A stretch of 32,000 nucleotides of DNA from Methylomicrobium lacus LW14 (GTDB lineage: Bacteria; Pseudomonadota; Gammaproteobacteria; Methylococcales; Methylomonadaceae), in the NCBI RefSeq assembly GCF_000527095.1, contig NZ_AZUN01000001.1, positions 2,876,569 to 2,908,568 of the forward strand. The letters are read 5' to 3'. Made by a program: the position numbers and the translations under genes. Shown here one piece after another: positions 17,972 through 24,830 of this stretch; within the stretch, counting starts at the first letter, position 1, and every line of letters starts with the position of its first letter. The notes beneath the pieces are model-generated. The model was not told where the DNA came from and did not search any database. It saw only the letters and a program-made list of their open reading frames with translations.

Positions 17972-18006
17972 TTCGATTTTTACCATTGCGACCATTCGAT
18001 TTTTAC
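17972..18006. repeat. Two exact 12-bp direct repeats (TTCGATTTTTAC) with 23-bp period
   Basis: Copies at 17972-17983 and 17995-18006 are read directly from the sequence. They span the vapC stop codon and the gap upstream of the Nudix-like gene. Confidence 0.5.
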
Positions 18007-18404
18007 TCTTCCCAATCTTCAAATGCCAATCCCTTGACCCGCCCGAATTCCCGAGTATTGTGCGTTATCAAAATGACTTCATGAGCCAACGCAATGGCGG
18101 CAATCATGAAATCATTGGCGCCGATGGGCTTTCCGATCGCGCTCAGCTCGCTGCGTATCTTGCCGTAAAATGCTGCCGCCTTATCATCGAAAGGCAAGGA
18201 TTGAAAATGGGCGCAGAAATTTTCGACTTTGGACAAACTGCCTACCGGGTTCTGGCTTTTCATCGCGCCGTAAAGAAGTTCCGCTTTAACCACCGAACAC
18301 AACACGACTTCCTGAGGCTGGCACATTTCCAGTCGCTGTTTTAACCGATCGGAACGCTTGTTCAGAAAAACGATGCAGGCGTTGGTATCCAATAAATATC
18401 TCAT
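18003..18404 (-). CDS. vapC: Type II toxin VapC (PIN-domain ribonuclease)
   Basis: The sequence MRYLLDTNACIVFL... (first PIN acidic residue), ...SVVKAELLYG..., ...GANDFMIAAIALAH...LITHNTREF shows the classic VapC layout in 133 aa. Confidence 0.88.
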   Translation of the reverse strand: MRYLLDTNACIVFLNKRSDRLKQRLEMCQPQEVVLCSVVKAELLYGAMKSQNPVGSLSKVENFCAHFQSLPFDDKAAAFYGKIRSELSAIGKPIGANDFMIAAIALAHEVILITHNTREFGRVKGLAFEDWEE

Positions 18405-18637
18405 GAAATGGGCCCGACTTCATCCAGGTCGGGTTGCTCGGGGCGTTCCAAAGGAGTATCGGCCAAACAGCCATAGCTTTCGTTAATGAACGCCAACCAA
18501 TTCTGCCGCTCGACGGTCTCCTTGCGCGGCTGAATAATCACTACCAACTCCACATCCTGATTGGCGTATTCGGAGGGCAGCGTTAGATGGAGTTGGGCGT
18601 TGTTTTCTATGTGTGTGGTGAATTGTAAAGTTTTCAT
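18401..18637 (-). CDS. VapB-type antitoxin candidate (AF2212/DUF104-like N-terminus)
   Basis: The 78-aa ORF starts at ATG 18637: MKTLQFTTHIENNAQLHLTLPSEYANQDVELVVIIQP...YGCLADTPLERPEQPDLDEV. Its stop overlaps the vapC start (ATGA at 18401-18404), the standard antitoxin-toxin arrangement. Confidence 0.65.
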   Translation of the reverse strand: MKTLQFTTHIENNAQLHLTLPSEYANQDVELVVIIQPRKETVERQNWLAFINESYGCLADTPLERPEQPDLDEVGPIS

Positions 18638-18642
18638 AATTT

Positions 18643-20013
18643 TTACTCTGGTGGAAAACTGCAATAGAAAATGTGCCTTGCCAATTCAAACATATAAGTA
18701 GTATCTTCGTATTTAAAGTCATAAAACTTTATTTCCAGAAGACTTTTTCTATTTCCAGTGCTAATAAAGGGGTTGGATGTACAAAGCCAGAACATTTGAT
18801 AAAGCAACTTAATGAATAATTGCTTATCATTCCGGACTGGCGAATTACTTAGCTGAATATTGTTAGCCAGTTCGTTAAAATAAAAAGCATCTTCAATTTT
18901 TATATCTTTTTTATGGCTTTCGTCTAGTACAATATTTTTTAAAGAAAGATATGTTTCACTAACAGGAATCGTTTTGGATTTAAAATCGTTCTCCGATAAT
19001 GCTTCCTTTTCAAATAGGCTTAGCAATATTTTTTCGTAGCCATGAAGATCCCCATTCCCGTAGTTAAACATAACAAGCATGTTTATCATAAACAAATAAG
19101 CAACCAGCTTTTCATTTATTTCGGAAAATAAGTTTGAATTATGCGTTATCCAATGCCGTGTATTTCGCATTATCCAAGCCAAAACTGCATCATTTTTCTC
19201 TTTATCCCGTTTTATAAACTTTGCAGAATCCCATTCATGAGAAAGGGTTCTGACAAAAAGCTTATACAAGGCGTGTTTGTTTTTAGGTTCTTGCAAAGGT
19301 AAAAACGCTTCTAATATTTCTAAATAACTGATTAAATCCTTAAACTCAGCGGGCTCGTTTTTATTTGTAAAATTTTTGAAATATAATTTACTGCTGTCTA
19401 GCTTCTTCGCATATTGACAACCTTCAATAATTCCGCGGCGCAGTTTAGAGTAAGAGTTGTGACTATTTTCTAAAATCCACTCATGTGCGTAAGAGTCTTC
19501 TGATTTAGGATATATATTGGGTTGTTTTATTTTAGCGCTTTCAAAAGCTTCAAGCGTGGAACTCAATTTATCGCCATTCTGTGAACAAAAAAGTATGTTT
19601 TGTTTTGGAAAGCCAAGTTCAATTACTAATTCCGAATAAATATGAAAGCCGGCATACGGCCTCACTTCCTTACACTTTTCCCCTAATAGCGCTTCATCTT
19701 CCGATTCGTCATTTGGCTTTTTATAGCCATGAAATTTTTCGAGCAACTCAAGGAGACAAGTACTAGGTTCCCCTGTATAAGCAGGCAAATCAATATCTAA
19801 AATGATGTAGTCGATCTTGTTCAAGTCGTTTCTAATGAAACGTAACCCATCATCCAAACTCGTTTCAATAAAAACTCCGAATTTTTCTAAGTTTGCTTTT
19901 AATTGCCGCTTGTTGTCTGAAAAACTCTGTTTATCAATAATGCCGGAAAATAGGTTACTTGCCGTAGTTATTGCAGAATTATCAAAGTCTTCTATCCACA
20001 GAAAATAACTCAT
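18643..20013 (-). CDS. Receiver (CheY-like) domain protein fused to an uncharacterised ~280-aa helical C-terminal domain with an RHxxxH motif; no recognisable DNA-binding domain
   Basis: Receiver landmarks are FLWIEDFD (acidic pair, aa 8-11), DYIILDIDLP (candidate phospho-Asp D73, 19795-19797), ILFCSQ (S144) and K170. The C-terminal part contains WIMRNTRHWITHNS (aa 280-293; DNA 19141-19170). GC is very low: the line at 19081-19140 hand-counts to 25%. Confidence 0.65.
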   Translation of the reverse strand: MSYFLWIEDFDNSAITTASNLFSGIIDKQSFSDNKRQLKANLEKFGVFIETSLDDGLRFIRNDLNKIDYIILDIDLPAYTGEPSTCLLELLEKFHGYKKPNDESEDEALLGEKCKEVRPYAGFHIYSELVIELGFPKQNILFCSQNGDKLSSTLEAFESAKIKQPNIYPKSEDSYAHEWILENSHNSYSKLRRGIIEGCQYAKKLDSSKLYFKNFTNKNEPAEFKDLISYLEILEAFLPLQEPKNKHALYKLFVRTLSHEWDSAKFIKRDKEKNDAVLAWIMRNTRHWITHNSNLFSEINEKLVAYLFMINMLVMFNYGNGDLHGYEKILLSLFEKEALSENDFKSKTIPVSETYLSLKNIVLDESHKKDIKIEDAFYFNELANNIQLSNSPVRNDKQLFIKLLYQMFWLCTSNPFISTGNRKSLLEIKFYDFKYEDTTYMFELARHIFYCSFPPE

Positions 20014-20027
20014 CTTCCACCCTGCCT

Positions 20028-21692
20028 TTACAGAAATTTGTTAAGAATGCCGAATTCGACCACAAAATCATCCTGCAGCGCGGGCTTGGTAAACCGACTC
20101 CCTGTTTTTCGTGCCAAGGCCGATAAAAACGCATGCCCCTTACGGCTACCCTTAATGATGGTGCGTTCGCTTCGCGTTGAAGGATTGCGGCAGCTCAACA
20201 CCCGACAACCCTCGCGCTCCGCCCACTCCAAAACCACCGGCTGCCGGGTTGGAGACGAATAGTATTTAAAGGCATTTACCAGGATTTCATTGAGCAGAAT
20301 CGTTAAAAACGACTCCTTGACCCAGAACTCCTTGAAGCGAATGTCCGCATCGTCAAAGCCCTTTATTTCCAGTTTAAAAAAATGTTGTTCCAGCCACGCC
20401 AGACGTTCCTCCAATCCAGCGGATTGCATCAATAACTGCGCGTAACTTTGCTCCCACTCGGCTTGCAACTGCTGCTCCAGCTCATAAAAGTCATCATACC
20501 AACTTTTGAAGCTCAGTTCCGGCGCACAAAGACCGTGAGCTTTCGCATAGGCCAGATAATGTTGCTGGATTTTCTCGGTGGCCGACGCGGAAAGCAGGTG
20601 CAACATGATCATATCCAGGGTTTTACCAAAGACAGACATAAGACTGCCGGTGCCACGATGATCCTGTTTCAGCCTTTCGTTGAGCACGTCCGGGTCGGTG
20701 GAAATGATGCTGAAAACATCCAGCAGACCGCGCATGGTCTGCGCGGCTTCGGTATACAGCTTGACCTGGTTTTCGTGGGTGGTGTTGTAGATGATGGCAT
20801 CCAGAGGGCTGCGGAATTTGTGGGCGAACATCGCCATGGTTTCTTCTAGTTCGCTTTCTTTTGCTTTCAAACTTTGATTTGTTTTATCAAGTTTAAGCTG
20901 TTGGAAAAGTACTTCACGAAAAGGCTCAAATAATATTCTTTCATGCTCAGTCACTTCTTTTAAAAAACCTTCGATGTGTTCCTCGGCCAATAAGTACTCA
21001 CCAGATCGAATAAATACGTTAAGCCGAAGCGATAAAATAAAGTATTTGTCAATCCAAAGAAAAGGATAATCTCCACTAAGACCATTACACAGTATATTAC
21101 CAATACCTTCTAAGTGCCGATATGTCAGTTCAGCATTTATATCATTTTCATCCAAAGCCATTTGGTCAGAAAAAACATCTAAGTACATATTTATTAAAGC
21201 TTCCCCTAAATTTTCTTCAAAGCCGCCATCGTTACCAAGCTCGTCTAAAAATGGACCTTCAGCCGCTTTTTTAAAATTAGAAATCGCCAATTCTTTATTG
21301 CTCGCAACGCCTTTCCCTGCTAAATACAATAAGCCGAGAAAAAATCGAGCCATTGCGGAATGGGGGCCTGTTTCATACCCCTTGCAGAACGTTAAGACAA
21401 AGCTCCAGCATTGTTGAATATTATTCTTCTCCCATAAGTCATATGGAACAACGATTTGAATGCCCGCATTCACAAGCCAATTCAAAGCATCTTGATTCCC
21501 CTTTTTGGCGGCTTCGACCATGTCTTCCATGCCATTCTCATAGCCTGGATATTCACGAATTAACTTTTCAATAGCCAGATTATATTGAAGCCCCCCATTA
21601 TTTAAAGACATTTCAAACTCATCAAGATCGAACCCGAAAACATCATTACTTAACGCTTTGTCTTTATTGCTTTTGTCTTGTGAGTTTTCCAT
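20028..21692 (-). CDS. Cytoplasmic sensor histidine kinase with Sel1/TPR-like N-terminal region
   Basis: The H-box is MAMFAHKFRSPLDAI (His291, DNA 20820-20822) and the N-box is LLNEILVNAFKY. A Sel1-like repeat, ARFFLGLLYLAGKGVASNKELAISNFKKAAEG, is at aa 115-146. I see no hydrophobic transmembrane segment. There is no clear DxGxG G1 box, and the position reads LSCRNPS. Confidence 0.75.
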   Translation of the reverse strand: MENSQDKSNKDKALSNDVFGFDLDEFEMSLNNGGLQYNLAIEKLIREYPGYENGMEDMVEAAKKGNQDALNWLVNAGIQIVVPYDLWEKNNIQQCWSFVLTFCKGYETGPHSAMARFFLGLLYLAGKGVASNKELAISNFKKAAEGPFLDELGNDGGFEENLGEALINMYLDVFSDQMALDENDINAELTYRHLEGIGNILCNGLSGDYPFLWIDKYFILSLRLNVFIRSGEYLLAEEHIEGFLKEVTEHERILFEPFREVLFQQLKLDKTNQSLKAKESELEETMAMFAHKFRSPLDAIIYNTTHENQVKLYTEAAQTMRGLLDVFSIISTDPDVLNERLKQDHRGTGSLMSVFGKTLDMIMLHLLSASATEKIQQHYLAYAKAHGLCAPELSFKSWYDDFYELEQQLQAEWEQSYAQLLMQSAGLEERLAWLEQHFFKLEIKGFDDADIRFKEFWVKESFLTILLNEILVNAFKYYSSPTRQPVVLEWAEREGCRVLSCRNPSTRSERTIIKGSRKGHAFLSALARKTGSRFTKPALQDDFVVEFGILNKFL

Positions 21693-21737
21693 GATTAATT
21701 CCTTTATTTTTCGTTTTAACTAACGCTTTAGATTTTT

Positions 21738-22175
21738 TCAACCGCGTTGATTGTTCAAATTTTCGACATTAATTGGTATCTGCAATTCTTTCCCAACATC
21801 CTGCAACATTTTAATTGCTGTCGGTCTATTGAAATGCGTGGTGATATACCAGCCTTGATAGAGTTTTTGAGTTTGATAGCCGTTAGCCGGTGTTCTGGCT
21901 AACAACGGTATGCCGGAAAGCCTTTTATTCAGTCGCGCGACTTTATCCAAGCCGAGCGTTGCCAGAGTTTGCACAAAGGTATCCGAGATCGTGGCCTGTT
22001 CGATAACTTTTTCGCCAATCCTTACCCTTAGCGTACCACTCGACTTGCGGGGAATCCGGCGTGAACGAATCCGGACAGGTTTCGCAACCGCTTTGCTTGG
22101 TTGCCTTTCCTCGAATCGTTTTAAACAAGCTCTCAATTCCATGTCCAGCATCTGTAATCGTTTGCAGTCATCCAT
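21738..22175 (-). CDS. Hypothetical 145-aa basic protein; first long ORF of the island operon
   Basis: This is an ORF-track entry with no family I can name (…RIRSRRIPRKSSGTLRVRIGEKVIEQATISDTFVQTL…GWYITTHFNRPTAIKMLQDVG). It is on the same strand as the kinase gene and 45 nt upstream of it. Confidence 0.45.
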   Translation of the reverse strand: MDDCKRLQMLDMELRACLKRFEERQPSKAVAKPVRIRSRRIPRKSSGTLRVRIGEKVIEQATISDTFVQTLATLGLDKVARLNKRLSGIPLLARTPANGYQTQKLYQGWYITTHFNRPTAIKMLQDVGKELQIPINVENLNNQRG

Positions 22176-22183
22176 TTTCGCTG

Positions 22184-22309
22184 CTACCGAAGCGAAATCC
22201 CTAAAAGGCTCGCCTCGGCACTTTCGATTTTGAGATCATCGGCAGCGTAGGTAATAGCGGCAAACAGTTCGTTGAATTTGCTGGTGACGGTTTCGGGCAA
22301 TCTGTTCAT
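22184..22309 (-). CDS. Possible 41-aa leader ORF (MNRLPETVTSKFNELFAAITYAADDLKIESAEASLLGISLR)
   Basis: I found this by hand translation, as it is below the ORF-track size cutoff. A GGAGAA sits 7 nt before ATG 22309, and the stop is 8 nt before the next ATG. No homology is recognised. Confidence 0.25.
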   Translation of the reverse strand: MNRLPETVTSKFNELFAAITYAADDLKIESAEASLLGISLR

Positions 22310-22576
22310 TGTGGTGTTCTCCAAGTTTTGTCCGGTTGTTGGCGGTAATGTATATCAACGCCATTGCATTTTTCTAATCGATACGTTACGGACCGTGGCT
22401 GTCGGCCGTGTCATTGTGCAGCCATGCCGTCTCAACATGAGATTTAGTATCGGGGAAACTTTGCGATTTGTAATGGGAGAACTGTGGGAGTTTTTCTGCG
22501 AGAAACAATCTCGACTTACAAGCGGAGACAATCCGTTTTCATGTTTGAAATGATTTTCGCAAATGCTTCTTTTTCA

Positions 22577-22604
22577 TTGACATCCACCTCTTACCCTCTA
22601 TAAT
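22577..22604 (+). promoter_or_regulatory. Consensus sigma70 promoter: TTGACA (22577-22582) - 16 nt - TATAAT (22599-22604)
   Basis: Both hexamers match the consensus perfectly. The promoter sits immediately upstream of the riboswitch. Confidence 0.6.
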
Positions 22605-22611
22605 CACCGCC

Positions 22612-22800
22612 TGCTTAAAGGTTCCATTGATGCAATTTCGTCAATGATTAAACGGGAAGCCGGTGAGGAAACTCCAAGGCCGGCGCTGCCCCCGCAACGG
22701 TAAATAAGTTAAGCATCATCAACAGCCACTGTGCGCGAGCATGGGAAGGCGATGATGCAGGGAAACCGCTTATGAGCCCGGAGACCGGCCTGAAAGTATC
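22612..22800 (+). promoter_or_regulatory. Cobalamin (B12) riboswitch aptamer
   Basis: Conserved core strings are present: AACGGGAAGCCGGTGAGGAAACTCC...GCGCTGCCCCCGCAACGGTAA, the B12 box AGCCACTG followed by ATGGGAAGGCG, and the 3' GAGCCCGGAGACCGGCC. It lies upstream of a TonB-dependent receptor, as is typical for btuB. Confidence 0.85.
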
Positions 22801-22915
22801 ACTCGGAACAGCGGAGGGCTGTCCGCGACACGATCACGGCGGTTTTCCCGCCTGCCTGTGCGTTCGTCCTCCGCTGTGTAACTCACCCAAATGCGCGGGC
22901 GGCGCAGAGGACAAC

Positions 22916-24781
22916 ATGCAAAAACTGCTTTTCGGTTCGCTATTGCTGGCGGGCTTCCCTACTCTTGCCCAGGCCGAGGACACCTCTCCCGGCGACTCCA
23001 ACGCTTTACCCGAAATGGTCGTGACCGCAACCCGGTCGGAAGTCGACAAAAATGAGCTCGCCACGGCCAGCACGATCTATACCCGCAAGGATATCGAACG
23101 GCTGCAGGCCAAGACCCTTCCCGAACTGCTGAAAGGCACCACCGGCATAGACCTGACGCAACAAGGCGGCGACGGCAAGACGACCAGCGTGTTCATGCGC
23201 GGCACCAACTCCGATCATGTCTTGGTGTTGATCGACGGCATCAAGGTCGGCTCTGCAACCTTGGGCACGACGGCGTTCGAGTTCATTCCGATCGATCAGA
23301 TCGAACGCGTGGAAATCATCCGCGGCCCGCAATCGAGCCTTTACGGTTCGGAAGCGATCGGCGGCGTGATCCAGATCTTTACCCGCAAAGGCGGCCAGAG
23401 CGAAAAACCCACGGTCACACTGGATGCCGGCGGCGGCAATTACGATACGATGCGAGCAGCGGGCACGGTCAGCGGCAAGTGGCAAAATTCCTGGTATAGC
23501 GTCGGCGCATCGCATTACAACACCCAGGGATTTAATACCCGCGAACCGGTGACCGGCTTTTTCGGCGTCGATCAGCCGGATGACGACGGCTATCACAACA
23601 CCGGCGTGAATGCGCGCCTCGGCCACCGCTTTGCGAATAATGCCGAAATTGACGCCTCCTTTATGCATTCGGAAGGCAGAAGTGATTTTGACGGCACCCA
23701 GCAGGACAAAGCCAAATTCATCAACGAGGTGGCATCACTCTCCGGCAGCCTGAACTTGTTCGACTTCTGGAAATCGACCGTACGTCTCGGCCATAGTTTT
23801 GACGACAATAATAATTTTGCACCCAACGGCGTCTTTGCGTCGCGTTTTTATACGCAGCGCTGGAATGGCACCTGGCTGAATGAATTTAACCTGACCGAAG
23901 ACCATCAACTGCTGCTCGGTTTTGATGGCCGCAATGATGAAGTCGACAGCACGCAAAAGTTTAGCGCCAGCTCCCGCTATGATTTCGGCGTTTTCGGCAA
24001 TTTGCATAGCCGGGTTTTCGAGGATCATTTCATCAATGCCTCGGTGCGCTGGGATAAAAATGAAGCCTTCGGCGACAATGTCACCGGCAACATCGGCTGG
24101 CGATATAACTCGCCGATCGGCATCAGCCCTTTTGCGAGCTTCGGCAAAGCCTTCAAGGCGCCGACTTTCAACGATCTTTATTGGCCAAACACGGGCTTTG
24201 CCTTCGGCAATACCAATTTAAAGCCCGAAGAATCGACGACGGCCGAAATCGGCGTCGCCGGCAACCATAAGCTTGTGCAATGGGAAGTCCGCGCGTATCA
24301 CACCAATATTGATGACCTGATCAATTGGGCGCCGGTGAATCCAACGAATCCCTCCTCGCCATGGACACCTCAAAATGTCAGTAAAGCGCAGATTGATGGC
24401 TTGGAGGGAGAAATCGGCACGCAAATTTTAGGCTGGAACGGCAAACTGAACATGACTTTGTTGGATCCGCAAAACCGGGAGACCAATAAACGCTTAAACC
24501 GCCGCTATCAAAAGAGTCTGTCGTTCGACCTGTCCCGCTCATTCGGGCCTGTCGATGTGGGCGGCATGCTTCTGCTGCAAGGCGACCGTTTCGATGATCC
24601 TGGCAATACGGTTCATGTCAATGGCTACGCCACGCTAGACTTACGCGCCGCCTATCATTTCGACAAAAACTGGATGATCAACGCCAAGGTCAATAATCTG
24701 CTGGATAAACAATACCAACTGGTGGATACTTATAATACGGCGGACCGCAACTTCTTCGTTTCTATCCATTATAATAACTGA
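22916..24781 (+). CDS. btuB: TonB-dependent vitamin B12 outer-membrane receptor BtuB
   Basis: I chose start ATG 22916 (MQKLLFGSLLLAGFPTLAQA signal peptide, AGAGGA Shine-Dalgarno). The TonB box is LPEMVVTATR. Plug motifs are present: FMRGTNSDHVLVLIDGIKV and IEIIRGPQSSLYGSEAIGGVI. A barrel of about 22 strands follows. The track's start at 22772 would translate the riboswitch. Confidence 0.88.
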   Translation: MQKLLFGSLLLAGFPTLAQAEDTSPGDSNALPEMVVTATRSEVDKNELATASTIYTRKDIERLQAKTLPELLKGTTGIDLTQQGGDGKTTSVFMRGTNSDHVLVLIDGIKVGSATLGTTAFEFIPIDQIERVEIIRGPQSSLYGSEAIGGVIQIFTRKGGQSEKPTVTLDAGGGNYDTMRAAGTVSGKWQNSWYSVGASHYNTQGFNTREPVTGFFGVDQPDDDGYHNTGVNARLGHRFANNAEIDASFMHSEGRSDFDGTQQDKAKFINEVASLSGSLNLFDFWKSTVRLGHSFDDNNNFAPNGVFASRFYTQRWNGTWLNEFNLTEDHQLLLGFDGRNDEVDSTQKFSASSRYDFGVFGNLHSRVFEDHFINASVRWDKNEAFGDNVTGNIGWRYNSPIGISPFASFGKAFKAPTFNDLYWPNTGFAFGNTNLKPEESTTAEIGVAGNHKLVQWEVRAYHTNIDDLINWAPVNPTNPSSPWTPQNVSKAQIDGLEGEIGTQILGWNGKLNMTLLDPQNRETNKRLNRRYQKSLSFDLSRSFGPVDVGGMLLLQGDRFDDPGNTVHVNGYATLDLRAAYHFDKNWMINAKVNNLLDKQYQLVDTYNTADRNFFVSIHYNN

Positions 24782-24830
24782 CCGCGCGCCGGGACCGGCG
24801 CATAACCCGAATCACCTTGGAGATAATCTC

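Noticed and set aside
22272-22553. 93-aa plus-strand ORF in the gap between the island and the btuB promoter
   Set aside because: It has no Shine-Dalgarno, a TTG/odd start context and no recognisable motif. It also overlaps the small minus-strand leader ORF region. It is more likely non-coding junction DNA.
16150-22570. Search for integrase, transposase, tRNA or flanking direct repeats that would define the low-GC island as a mobile element
   Set aside because: I found none by eye, so I do not call a mobile_element feature. The island is reported only as a compositional and organisational observation.
22772-22915. N-terminal extension of the btuB ORF (MSPETGLKVSLGTAEGCPRHDHGG...)
   Set aside because: This stretch overlaps the 3' part of the cobalamin riboswitch and its expression platform. 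A proper signal peptide and Shine-Dalgarno occur at ATG 22916.
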